64,000 bases of DNA from an uncultured Bacilli bacterium (lineage in GTDB: Bacteria; Bacillota_I; Bacilli_A; RF39; UBA660): assembly GCA_947628965.1 (NCBI GenBank), contig CANRBV010000001.1:41225-105224 (forward strand). The letters run 5' to 3'. This document shows, one piece after another, positions 1 through 11,378 of this stretch. The stretch's first letter is position 1. Every line of letters starts with the position of its first letter. The position numbers and the translations under genes are program-made. The notes under the pieces are model-generated. The model was not told the DNA's origin. It saw only the letters and a list, made by a program, of their open reading frames with translations, and ran no database searches.

Positions 1-45
1 CTTTTTCGACTGTATCGGCTAAAGTAAGTATTTTTTCATTGGTAA

Positions 46-783
46 TCATTTTAAACCTCCATCTACGCGTATAATACTATCATTTACGTAACTCGCTTCA
101 TCACTCGCTAAAAATGCAACAACGTTTGCTATTTCTTCAGGTTCTCCGAAACGATTAAGTAAAATCTTTTCTTCCTCTTCTTTTATATAATCCACATCTA
201 AATCTTTATTCATCTCCGTATTTACCCAACCAGGAGCAATACTATTTACTCGAATAAAAGGAGCGTATTCCTTTGCTAAATTTTTTGTTAAAGAAATAAC
301 GCCTGCTTTAGAAGCATCATAGTCCAAACTATAAGGATACATAGTATCAATTCCATTTGTGGAAGAAATATTAATAATACAACCCTTTTTTTCTTTTACC
401 ATATATTTGGCAACCTCTCTTGAAACAAGAAAAGTTCCAATTAAGTTAACATCTAAAATACGTCTAAAATCAGCAACAGTTTTATCTTCTACTAAACTAT
501 CGATAGCAATTCCTGCATTATTCACCAAACAATTGATATGACCAAACTTTTCCATCGATGCATCCACCATCTTTTTTATTTCTTGTTCGTTTGAAATATC
601 AGCTTTGGCTAATAATACTTGAATCGAATAAGTTTTTTCTAGTTCTTCTTTTAATATACTTGCTCTATCAAAACTTTCTACATAATTAAGGATAATATTA
701 TAATTTAAGGAAGCCATTTTTTTGGCAATAGCGGCGCCAATTCCACGACTAGCTCCTGTAATCAAAACTACTTTTTTATCCAT
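46..783 (-). CDS. Short-chain dehydrogenase/reductase (3-oxoacyl-ACP reductase-like)
   Basis: N-terminal TGASRGIG Rossmann motif; NNAG and Y..xxxK catalytic region typical of classical SDRs. Confidence 0.85.
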   Translation of the reverse strand: MDKKVVLITGASRGIGAAIAKKMASLNYNIILNYVESFDRASILKEELEKTYSIQVLLAKADISNEQEIKKMVDASMEKFGHINCLVNNAGIAIDSLVEDKTVADFRRILDVNLIGTFLVSREVAKYMVKEKKGCIINISSTNGIDTMYPYSLDYDASKAGVISLTKNLAKEYAPFIRVNSIAPGWVNTEMNKDLDVDYIKEEEEKILLNRFGEPEEIANVVAFLASDEASYVNDSIIRVDGGLK

Positions 784-805
784 TTTGCCTCACCTAGAAT
801 TATCT

Positions 806-835
806 TACCATAAAAAAAGTAAGCTTGCCACTTAC
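806..835 (-). terminator. Putative rho-independent terminator after the 272-aa/87-aa gene pair
   Basis: Hairpin agtaag-cttgcca-cttact followed on the minus strand by a T-run. Confidence 0.3.
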
Positions 836-919
836 TTATTTATTTTGTAAGAACAATGTGGAATGTAAGATTATTATTTAATTTTTTTTCCTTCTCTATT
901 ATTTTAATTATCTATATGT

Positions 920-1183
920 TTACTTATTCGTATTGTGATAATAATTAAATTCTTGTAAATCCTTAGCAACATCATCTAAAGATTCATCCATTCCATTACT
1001 ATCTTCTAAAGCCTCATCAATTAAAAATAAAATTTCAGAGATAGTGGAACAATTGTGATAAGGAATATGATTTAAATCTAAAATATCTTTTTGATATTGT
1101 TTTATATATAACTGATCATTTATTTTCACTAAGTGATGATTATTAATTGTTTTTTCTATAAGTGAATCAATTTTTTTATTCAT
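920..1183 (-). CDS. Hypothetical protein (87 aa)
   Basis: ORF overlapping the upstream gene by 4 nt (translational coupling). Confidence 0.5.
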   Translation of the reverse strand: MNKKIDSLIEKTINNHHLVKINDQLYIKQYQKDILDLNHIPYHNCSTISEILFLIDEALEDSNGMDESLDDVAKDLQEFNYYHNTNK

Positions 1184-1998
1184 TTTTCATCCCCTATACT
1201 TTTATGTTTTAAAAATTCTATTTGAATTTCTTTTTTATCGATTTCGCTAGTGTATTTTTTTATAGTATAACTTATTTGATTATAACGATTATCTGGAATA
1301 GTATAAACAAAAATACATCTTACCTTTTTTAAAGTTTTACTTTTATATTTTTCACAAGAGTCTTGAAAATATTTAATTTGGTGTTTAATCTTGTTTAAAT
1401 CTGGTTCCTTAGAAATATATTTAATTTCAAAAAGAATATCTTCCTTTTTAGAGCTAGCAACGATATCAAAAGAAGTATCTATAGCTTTGACATTTTGATT
1501 AACTTGATAATATTTAGGCAACTTATTTTTTATACAAGTTGAACAATAATCTTCTATTAATAAAGAGTCAAAAATCTCTGCTTTGTTATCTTTGTCTATT
1601 TTATTTTCGTAATCTTTTGCTTGTTTTTTTACTATATCAGAAGTAGTCATTTTTTCTAAAGAAAATTTTTTCTCTTTTGTAGTTATAAACAATTGCTCAT
1701 CAATTTCCTTTTGTAAAACCCACCATTTATATGCTCCATAAATTATAAAGATGAAACCCAAAAAAAGAAAAATGAAAAAGAAATAAGGCATAAAATTGAA
1801 AAAGATTTGAACTAAATAATTTCTTTTTTCTAAAAAATAAAATGAATTTTCAGCTAAGTTTTGCATTTCTTCTTTCGTAAATAAAAATTGATTACTTATA
1901 TTTATTAAAGCGAAAAAACTTATGAATGGAACAGTAATTAAAACAATTCCTAATGAAATTAAAAATTTATAAAAACTATCATATTGTAATCTTTCCAT
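1180..1998 (-). CDS. Membrane-anchored protein with a possible PD-(D/E)xK nuclease-like C-terminal domain
   Basis: Two to three N-terminal hydrophobic helices; C-terminal 'D-IV...(18 aa)...E-I-K' arrangement reminiscent of PD-(D/E)xK/NERD nucleases. Inference only. Confidence 0.5.
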   Translation of the reverse strand: MERLQYDSFYKFLISLGIVLITVPFISFFALINISNQFLFTKEEMQNLAENSFYFLEKRNYLVQIFFNFMPYFFFIFLFLGFIFIIYGAYKWWVLQKEIDEQLFITTKEKKFSLEKMTTSDIVKKQAKDYENKIDKDNKAEIFDSLLIEDYCSTCIKNKLPKYYQVNQNVKAIDTSFDIVASSKKEDILFEIKYISKEPDLNKIKHQIKYFQDSCEKYKSKTLKKVRCIFVYTIPDNRYNQISYTIKKYTSEIDKKEIQIEFLKHKSIGDEK

Positions 1999-2054
1999 AC
2001 TACATTCCCTTATTTCCTAAAAAGAGTATACTACATCTATTATTTAAAAACAAT

Positions 2055-3488
2055 TTAATTTACATCATAAAAATTTTCCCAAGGATCTTTTCTTTTTAAT
2101 CTTTTTAAAGCCATCTCCATAGTAATTTCATCAGGATTTATTTTATCAAGTTCACTCCAACGAATGGGCATGGATACTCTAAGTTTTTTTCGTAATCGAA
2201 GTGAATATGGGGCTACACTCGTTGCACCTTTAGTATTTCTTATCCAATCAATAAAAATTTTTTCTTTTCGGTTTTCTTTTCTTATGTTGCTTGTATATTT
2301 TTCTGGCCATTTTGCTTCCATAAAATCAGCAATATTTTTGGCAAATTCTCGAAAATTTTTCCATGTTTTTAACTTTTTAGTTGGAATTACGACATGATAT
2401 CCTTTTCCTCCACTCGTTTTCAAAAAAGAAGTTAAATTTAATTCATCTAAAACACTTTTTAAATCTTTTACTCCTTCTCTTACTTTTTCTAAAGAAAGAT
2501 TTTCATCGGGATCTAAATCAAACACAAGACAATCTGGGGTATTTAAAGCATTTATTCGACTGCCCCAAACATGAAATTCAAAACTATTCATTTGTACTTC
2601 TGAAATAAGTCCAACAATATCTTTAAAATAATAATAATCTTCACGATTGCCTTTTTCGTTAGCTATACGTATCTTGCCAATTCCTCTATTTGAATTTTCC
2701 AAATGCTTTTTAAAAAATATTTCACCCTTTATTCCTTCTGGTGCTCGAATTACAGAAACAATTCTTTTTTCAATATAAGAAATCATTCTTTGCGAAACTT
2801 TTTTATAATAATTTACAATATCCATTTTTGTTACATTCGAATATATTTTTTTTGTAGGATTTGTTATAGTAATCCCCTCAACTATTCCATATTTTTTGGA
2901 ATTTTTCTTAAATTTTATTCCGTTTTCAATTTCTTTCATGGTTCTACCAGTTTTAATACTTGTATCATATTCTCCTATATTTTTATACATATATTCATTG
3001 TCCTTTTCTTTTATTAGTAGCCAATTGTCTTCTTTAAAATGCACAAGCATCCAACGCCCTTTTAAACGTTTTCCATGCAATACAAATTTTATGGAACCAT
3101 TTGTAAAATCATTTGTAAAATTTTCTAAAGGCTCCCAGTAGCCTTCATCCCAAATCATAACGGTTCCTCCTCCATATTCTTTTTTGGGAATTACTCCTTC
3201 AAAATGACGATAACTTAAAGGATGATCTTCTACATGAATTGCAAGGCGTTTTTCATTTGTATTATAAGATGGTCCCTTAGGAACAGCAAAGCTTATCAAA
3301 GTACCCTTCCATTCTAAACGTAAATCATAATGATCTTTACGAGCAAGGTGATGTTGTACGACAAAAACTAATTTTTTATGAGTTTTTGTTATTTTACCTA
3401 ATGGTTCATTTGTTTTTTTAAAATTCCTTTTTTCTTTATATTTTTTTAATTTATCCATAATAAAAAACCTCTTTAATAGTATTTTCAA
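2055..3488 (-). CDS. ligD: LigD-like NHEJ protein: 3'-phosphoesterase domain + polymerase/primase domain, no ligase domain
   Basis: N-terminal segment (VVQHHLARKDHYDLRLEW...) matches the LigD phosphoesterase domain; C-terminal about 300 aa match the LigD Pol (archaeo-eukaryotic primase-like) domain. Confidence 0.7.
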   Translation of the reverse strand: MKILLKRFFIMDKLKKYKEKRNFKKTNEPLGKITKTHKKLVFVVQHHLARKDHYDLRLEWKGTLISFAVPKGPSYNTNEKRLAIHVEDHPLSYRHFEGVIPKKEYGGGTVMIWDEGYWEPLENFTNDFTNGSIKFVLHGKRLKGRWMLVHFKEDNWLLIKEKDNEYMYKNIGEYDTSIKTGRTMKEIENGIKFKKNSKKYGIVEGITITNPTKKIYSNVTKMDIVNYYKKVSQRMISYIEKRIVSVIRAPEGIKGEIFFKKHLENSNRGIGKIRIANEKGNREDYYYFKDIVGLISEVQMNSFEFHVWGSRINALNTPDCLVFDLDPDENLSLEKVREGVKDLKSVLDELNLTSFLKTSGGKGYHVVIPTKKLKTWKNFREFAKNIADFMEAKWPEKYTSNIRKENRKEKIFIDWIRNTKGATSVAPYSLRLRKKLRVSMPIRWSELDKINPDEITMEMALKRLKRKDPWENFYDVN

Positions 3489-3509
3489 AGTCTATTTACT
3501 TTATAACCA

Positions 3510-4925
3510 CTAAAAAGGTTTTTTTAATTTATATATGCAATCTCTATCCACAATGACGGCGGGATATTTTTTAAAAAATGGTGGTATTTTTTCTAAAGTA
3601 GGGGTATCTGCATCTTCATAACGATCCAGCATTAAACAATTATCTCCCGTATTTCCTCCTAATAAATTATCGGTTGTATAATAACCTAAACGAGCTAGTT
3701 CTTCTTGTAAAAACGTTTCAATTTGTTTTTGGATTTCTAAAGAATATTCTCTTACAGAGTGGGTTAAATACTTTTGAACTTCAATACCTGCTAGAATTAT
3801 GCCATTTTCATCGCGAACAAAACATTCTTCCAAATTTTTTATAATAATATATAAATTTGGACAAAGGGGATCTTTTTCATAAGACCATTTTGTTCTACAT
3901 AATTTAAAGGCATAATCTCCTATTTGGTAACAAGTGCTACAGGATCCACTGCCAATGTATTTTGTATCACTTTTTTTACTTAAAGACAAGTATTTCGAAA
4001 CAAATTTTTGTAACGTTTTACCAAGACCGTAGGCAAACTCTCTTTCAAGAATGGAATGATTTTCTTTTGATGTAGCAAAGTAACGTAAAAATTGATAAAA
4101 TTGTTCTTTTAATTCTTGACTCAATTTTTCAGTATAATGTTCATAAATATAAAGTTGATATTTCGAAGAGGTTTTAAAATAGGTATCTATATCCCTTAAA
4201 AATTCTGGTTGAGAAGATTTACTTTTTAACAAACACTCTCCTAAATCATTTTCTTTATAATTTTCTAAAATAAATTTTTTTAATTTTAAAAATGTTTTGA
4301 AATCCTTTTTTTCATAAAAATGGTAAGCAAGCAAGGAAACCTCTTCTTGTGGCATTAAAAGATTACTTTGCATTTTTTGTTTTTGCGCACTGGTTAGATA
4401 TTTTAAAATGTCTTCATAAAAGAAAGAAACTTTTGCAAAATGGTTTTCCACAAGATAATTCATAAATTGCCCTCTTATTTTTAAATCTTCATGAACAGAT
4501 AATTGTTTTAAATAGTCTTGATTTTCTATAAAAGATGCAAAAAGAAAATCGAATAAAAGAATGGGTGCTGAATTAAAATATTTTATTATTTTTGGAAGGT
4601 TGTTGATAAGATATTCTTTACCCCAAGTAGTATGATAAAGCATATTTTTTATTTTTTCAGCATCAAAAAAGTTTGGGTTTTTGGCTTTTTTTAAAGTATC
4701 TAAAAATTCTTCTTGGTATTCTTCCATGTCATAAATAATTTGTAAGCAAAAAGAAGGATAAGATTTTTTTAATTTGGGTAAAAAACCTGAAACAATTTGT
4801 TTTCTTGTCGTAGTATTTTCTATATTACGAATGACTTGTGCAAGCAAATTAAGTTCTGTATCGGATAAATGATAAATAAAAGATACATTGCCTTTTTCTA
4901 ATTCTATAAGTGGATTTAATGACAT
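3510..4925 (-). CDS. Hypothetical protein (471 aa)
   Basis: Long ORF directly downstream of the LigD-like gene with 21-nt spacing; no recognised motif. Confidence 0.6.
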   Translation of the reverse strand: MSLNPLIELEKGNVSFIYHLSDTELNLLAQVIRNIENTTTRKQIVSGFLPKLKKSYPSFCLQIIYDMEEYQEEFLDTLKKAKNPNFFDAEKIKNMLYHTTWGKEYLINNLPKIIKYFNSAPILLFDFLFASFIENQDYLKQLSVHEDLKIRGQFMNYLVENHFAKVSFFYEDILKYLTSAQKQKMQSNLLMPQEEVSLLAYHFYEKKDFKTFLKLKKFILENYKENDLGECLLKSKSSQPEFLRDIDTYFKTSSKYQLYIYEHYTEKLSQELKEQFYQFLRYFATSKENHSILEREFAYGLGKTLQKFVSKYLSLSKKSDTKYIGSGSCSTCYQIGDYAFKLCRTKWSYEKDPLCPNLYIIIKNLEECFVRDENGIILAGIEVQKYLTHSVREYSLEIQKQIETFLQEELARLGYYTTDNLLGGNTGDNCLMLDRYEDADTPTLEKIPPFFKKYPAVIVDRDCIYKLKKPF

Positions 4926-5077
4926 AGTACCACACCCTTTTTAAGTAATTGTCTGCTATTATAACCAAAATAATTTTAAAAGTAAAGATGGAATTTACTA
5001 AAAATTGGCAGGTAATTTTAACATACATATGTTTGCTTTTTCTTAAAAACTGAGTATAATAAAAATGGTGATGCCAA

Positions 5078-6292
5078 ATGGAGTTAATTGAAAAATTAAA
5101 AATTCTAGCGGATAGCGCAAAATATGATGCCTCCTGTTCTTCTAGCGGAAGCCGAAACGAAAGTAAAAATGGCATAGGAGCAACGGCCTTTAGTGGAATC
5201 TGTCACTCTTTTGCAAGTGATGGAAGATGTATTTCTCTACTCAAAATTTTAATGACCAATAGTTGTATTTTTGATTGTAAATACTGTTTAAATCGTAGAA
5301 GCAATTCGATTAAGAGGGCCTTGTTTACTCCCGAGGAAATTTGTGAAATTACTTTAAATTTTTATCGACGCAATTATATAGAAGGTTTATTTTTAAGTTC
5401 AGGTATTCTAAAAAGTCCTGATTATACGATGGAACTTTTAATTAAAACGATTACTCTATTACGTAAAAAATATCATTTTGGTGGCTATATTCATTGCAAG
5501 GCTATACCTGGAGCAAGTGAAAAATTATTAAAGGAATTAGGTCGTTTGGTCGATCGCTTAAGTGCAAACATAGAGCTTCCTACAGAAAATGGTTTAAAGC
5601 TTTTGGCTCCTAATAAGGAAAGTAAAAAGATAGATAAAATTATGCAATATGTAAAAGAAAATCAAAGCAAACGATTTGTTCCAGCAGGACAAAGTACCCA
5701 AATGATTATTGGAGCAACGAAAGAAACAGATTTAGAAATCATGAATAAAAGTGCTGCAATGTATAAAAATTATCATTTAAAACGGGTCTTTTATTCAGCT
5801 TATATTGGAGTCAATCATGATTCTTTACTCCCTACGTTAGAAAATCCTCCCTTAAAACGGGAAAATCGTCTTTATCAAGCGGATTGGTTACTGCGCTATT
5901 ATCATTTTAAAGTAAATGATTTATTAAATGAAAATAATCCGAATTTCAACATTTTGGTTGACCCCAAGTGTGACTGGGCGCTTCGTCATTTAGATGAGTT
6001 TCCAAAAGAAATCAACGAGTGCTCCTATCAAGATTTATTAAAAATTCCTGGCATTGGCGTTACAAGTGCTAAACGTATTTTTTCTTCTCGTAAGGTATTT
6101 ACTCTTACTTTTGATGACTTAAAAAAAATGGGTGTTGTATTAAAAAGAAGCAAGTACTTTATAACTTGTAATCATAAATATTTATTAGACCCAAGTATGT
6201 ATCAAAAAAAGTTTATTGAATCCAATTTAATTTTAGAAGAAAAAACGCCTTTAAAAAAAGAGTATGAACAATTGAGGTTATTTAATGAATAA
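5078..6292 (+). CDS. Radical SAM protein, putative DNA modification/repair family
   Basis: CxxxCxxC radical-SAM cluster (CIFDCKYC); N-terminal Cys-rich block and overall layout typical of the radical-SAM DNA-repair family that pairs with DUF4130. Confidence 0.75.
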   Translation: MELIEKLKILADSAKYDASCSSSGSRNESKNGIGATAFSGICHSFASDGRCISLLKILMTNSCIFDCKYCLNRRSNSIKRALFTPEEICEITLNFYRRNYIEGLFLSSGILKSPDYTMELLIKTITLLRKKYHFGGYIHCKAIPGASEKLLKELGRLVDRLSANIELPTENGLKLLAPNKESKKIDKIMQYVKENQSKRFVPAGQSTQMIIGATKETDLEIMNKSAAMYKNYHLKRVFYSAYIGVNHDSLLPTLENPPLKRENRLYQADWLLRYYHFKVNDLLNENNPNFNILVDPKCDWALRHLDEFPKEINECSYQDLLKIPGIGVTSAKRIFSSRKVFTLTFDDLKKMGVVLKRSKYFITCNHKYLLDPSMYQKKFIESNLILEEKTPLKKEYEQLRLFNE

Positions 6293-7028
6293 CGTTTATA
6301 TTTATAATGATACATTTTTAAGTCTTTTAAATCTTATAGATTATTTAATTTTACATCATATAAAGCCTTATCAAATTAAAAATAGCCAATATCAAAGCAC
6401 TTTACTGGATAATGTTGTCCATCTTGCTATCGAAGAAAAAGATATTGCAGGTAAAATTGTTAGGGAAATGGGTTCTTATTCTTTACAACAAATGTATTAT
6501 GTTTTTCTATCGAATGTGGAAGCTAAAGAACTTATCTTATATTATTTTTACTTAAATGGGTTAAAATACTATAGGGACATTTTTAAATATCGCAATTTAA
6601 AATGCGTGGATAAAGTTTTAAAGATTGCAAAACTGGTTCAAAACGAGTGCCATAAATACAAAGGTTTTGTTCGATTTAAAGAGTTTAATAATCACGTTTT
6701 ATACGCTGAAATAGAACCTAGTAGTGATTGTTTAGAAATTCTTTCTATTCATTTTAAAAGGCGTTTAAAAAATGAGTATTGGATTATAAAAGATGTAAGA
6801 AGAAATCTATTAAGTCTGTATGATAAAAAGGAATTTCATATCGTAGATGGCACTACTTTTTCATTAGATAATATTTTGGAAAGCCGTGAAGAAGAAAAAA
6901 TAGAAAATTTATGGAAAGCTTTTTATCAAACGATTGGAATTAAGGAACGAAAGAACGATACTTGCCGTAGGAATTTTATGCCTAAAAAATATTGGAAATA
7001 TATGTTAGAGGTGAAAAGTGAATTATGA
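6285..7028 (+). CDS. DUF4130-type probable DNA metabolism protein (radical-SAM partner)
   Basis: 8-nt overlap with the upstream radical-SAM gene; size and conserved pairing. Confidence 0.6.
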   Translation: MNNVYIYNDTFLSLLNLIDYLILHHIKPYQIKNSQYQSTLLDNVVHLAIEEKDIAGKIVREMGSYSLQQMYYVFLSNVEAKELILYYFYLNGLKYYRDIFKYRNLKCVDKVLKIAKLVQNECHKYKGFVRFKEFNNHVLYAEIEPSSDCLEILSIHFKRRLKNEYWIIKDVRRNLLSLYDKKEFHIVDGTTFSLDNILESREEEKIENLWKAFYQTIGIKERKNDTCRRNFMPKKYWKYMLEVKSEL

Positions 7029-8539
7029 AAAAAGTAATAATGAAAGAAGAATTACAAGAAAAAATGCAAGAAAGTATTCATCTTTTATGTGGTATTGTAA
7101 AAGAGACTTTAGGGCCAAACGGAAAAAATGTTTTAATTGATCACTCCTTATTTTCTCCTTTTATTACAAATGATGGAGCAACAATTGCTAGAAATATTGA
7201 GTCGGAAGATGCTATTATCAATACGATATTAGAAATTGCCAAAGAGTCTTCTTTAAAAACCGATAGTAAAGTTGGGGATGGAACGACTACAACGCTAGTG
7301 TTACTAGAAAGTATTTTTGATCATGGGTTGGAACTTATAAAAAAGGGGATGCCTCCTATTCTTTTTAAAAAAAATTTAACTAAAAGTTTAGAAAAGGTTT
7401 TAAATTCTTTAGAAAAAGAAAAACATCTTCCTAAAAATAAGGAATATGAAAGCTTAAGTATTATTGCTGCCAACGAAGAGGAGCTTGGGAAATTTATAAA
7501 TCACGTTTATCAAAAAATTAAAACGAAAAATGGAATTGAAATTGTAGAAACGGACCAAAGCATCTTAAGTGTTCAATATGAAAATGGATATCAATTTCCC
7601 ATAGAACTTGGTAGTCCACTATTTTTAAAAGAGCAAGAGAAAATTTTTTTAGAAAATCCTGTATTTCTTTTTGTTGAAGAACAAAACTCTTCTTTAGAAG
7701 ATTATAGTATGTATTTAAATGCTGCTATGAAAAATAAATGGGATGTTGTTTTTATTGCTAAAAATTTTAATGATTCCTTTATCCAAGAATGTCTTTATTT
7801 AAATGATACGCAAACCATAAATTGCTTTTTGCTTAAAATTGGAGAGTATGGAATAAAAGAATCAATTATTTGGAAAGATATAAAATTTATAACGAGTCAA
7901 AAAAAGAATTGTAAGGGAATTACGTTAACAAAAGAAAAGGCCATTTTAAAATTTACAAATTCTTTAAAAACACAAGAATATTTAAAAACAATTGAGGAAG
8001 AACTAAAGAAAATAAAAGATGAATTTGATGAAGATTTTTTTAAAAAACGTATGGCCATGTTTTTAAATGGTTTGGCAACTATTGTTTTGGGTGCCCCAAC
8101 AAAAATTGAATGTCACGAGAAAAAAATGCGTCTTATCGACGCATTGTGTGCTTTAGAAAGTGCTAAAGACGGAGTTGTTACAGGTGGAGGTATTACGTTT
8201 TTAAAAATTGCAAATGAATTAGACATTAAAAATGAAACGGACCAAATTTTACAAGAAGCTTTGAAAATACCTTTTAAACAAATTCTTTTAAATTCGGGAC
8301 TTTCTTATGAAAAAATAAAAAAGACGATTGAAAAGGAAGAATATCATGCTGTTTTTAATGTTTCTAAAGATCGTTTTGAAAAAGTAAGCGACACACAAGT
8401 AATTGATTCTTATAACGTTTTAAAACAAACTTTAGAAAACGCTTGCTCCATTGCCATGATGTTACTTACAACCAGTAGTTTAGTAATCAATGAGCAAGAA
8501 AATAATTTAGGAAAAATAAACGATTATAATGAACTATAA
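7025..8539 (+). CDS. Divergent chaperonin (Cpn60/TCP-1 family), closer to group II/III than GroEL
   Basis: LGPNGKNVLID...ITNDGATIARNIE and GDGTTTTLVL ATP-binding motifs; VVTGGGITFL near the C-terminus; 504 aa; 4-nt overlap with the DUF4130 gene. Confidence 0.65.
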   Translation: MKKVIMKEELQEKMQESIHLLCGIVKETLGPNGKNVLIDHSLFSPFITNDGATIARNIESEDAIINTILEIAKESSLKTDSKVGDGTTTTLVLLESIFDHGLELIKKGMPPILFKKNLTKSLEKVLNSLEKEKHLPKNKEYESLSIIAANEEELGKFINHVYQKIKTKNGIEIVETDQSILSVQYENGYQFPIELGSPLFLKEQEKIFLENPVFLFVEEQNSSLEDYSMYLNAAMKNKWDVVFIAKNFNDSFIQECLYLNDTQTINCFLLKIGEYGIKESIIWKDIKFITSQKKNCKGITLTKEKAILKFTNSLKTQEYLKTIEEELKKIKDEFDEDFFKKRMAMFLNGLATIVLGAPTKIECHEKKMRLIDALCALESAKDGVVTGGGITFLKIANELDIKNETDQILQEALKIPFKQILLNSGLSYEKIKKTIEKEEYHAVFNVSKDRFEKVSDTQVIDSYNVLKQTLENACSIAMMLLTTSSLVINEQENNLGKINDYNEL

Positions 8540-8771
8540 ATAGACACAATTTTAATTAAAAATGTTTTATAGTTTTTTGCTTCTTTATACTTTTTTTATA
8601 TTCTTGTTTCTAAAAGATTCGTTTATTCCCAATACTTAATATTTACAATAATTCAGCTATCTTTAATTTAACAGACACTGTCTGGAATTTTGGATATTTA
8701 GCGTTTATCAAAATAATTTTTTAAAAAAACATATCTATTGGAATCATAGAGAAATATTTATCCAAAAAAAA

Positions 8772-8800
8772 GAATACCTGCGCGTATTCCTTTCTCTAGA
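8772..8800 (+). terminator. Putative terminator after the chaperonin-like operon
   Basis: gaatac-ctgcgc-gtattc hairpin followed by a T-rich tract. Confidence 0.3.
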
Positions 8801-8968
8801 TTGTTTTTTTAAATACCTGGTCGCATTTAAAAACAATTTATTAAAACATAACTTTTATTATGTCTTAATCATAAATGGGGCAAAATTCCAATAGGCATAA
8901 AACCTTTTTTATTTGCTCTCTTTTAATAACTTTATTTTATTAAAATTCCTTTTATTTGTCAATAAATT

Positions 8969-10663
<1,695 letters not shown>

Positions 10664-10780
10664 TTATATTAAAAATACTACTATATTTTTTTTAATATTT
10701 TCTCCTCTCACTACTTATTATATGCAAAAATATTTTTTTTTAATGATTAGCCCCAAAAAACTTAAAAAATAGAGAAGATA

Positions 10781-11371
10781 TTATCTTTTTAATAAATTAT
10801 AAAAACTATTTGGCTTTAAATTTAACATTTCTATTGCTTCTTTACTTTTTATTTTTTTATTTTTCCATAATTCTATAACATAATCATAATTACTTGGCTT
10901 TTCTATTTTTGGGCGACCAAATCTTATTCCTTTATTTTTTGCATTAGAAATTCCTTCCTTTTGCCTTTGCTTAATAAATGACCTTTCTTGCTCTGCGACA
11001 TAACTTAATATTTGCAATACTAAATCACTAATAAATGTGCCTAATAAATCTTTATTATTCCTTGTATCTAATAATGGCATATCTAAAACAACAATATCTG
11101 CTTTTATATTTTTTGTAATTTCTTTCCATTCTTCAATTATTGCATTATAATTTCTTCCTAATCTATCAATACTTTTAATTACTAATAAATCATTTTCCCT
11201 TAATATATTTTTTACTATGCTATATTGCTTTCTTTCAAAATCTTTTCCACTTTGCTTATCAATATAAATATCTCTCTCTTCTATGCCATATTCTTTAAAT
11301 GCTAAGATTTGCCTTTCTTCATTTTGCTCTTTGCTACTAACTCTACCATAGCCAAATACTTTATTTTTCAT
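10781..11371 (-). CDS. Small serine recombinase (resolvase/invertase) with C-terminal HTH
   Basis: GYGRVSSKEQNEERQ catalytic serine motif; about 190 aa. Confidence 0.85.
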   Translation of the reverse strand: MKNKVFGYGRVSSKEQNEERQILAFKEYGIEERDIYIDKQSGKDFERKQYSIVKNILRENDLLVIKSIDRLGRNYNAIIEEWKEITKNIKADIVVLDMPLLDTRNNKDLLGTFISDLVLQILSYVAEQERSFIKQRQKEGISNAKNKGIRFGRPKIEKPSNYDYVIELWKNKKIKSKEAIEMLNLKPNSFYNLLKR

Positions 11372-11378
11372 TTTATAC

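Noticed and set aside
2164-3141. Several 75-104-aa + strand ORFs inside the ligD region (2164-2397, 2381-2608, 2703-3017, 2896-3141)
   Set aside because: Antisense to a motif-supported gene, F/L/I-rich composition, no RBS.
3510-4925. 471-aa protein as the missing Ku partner of LigD
   Set aside because: Too large and lacks any Ku-like beta-barrel/bridge signature I can recognise; left as hypothetical.
8540-8968. 430-bp non-coding gap as a possible sRNA or leader
   Set aside because: No conserved riboswitch motif recognisable. More simply explained as terminator + element attachment region + recombinase gene 3' flank.
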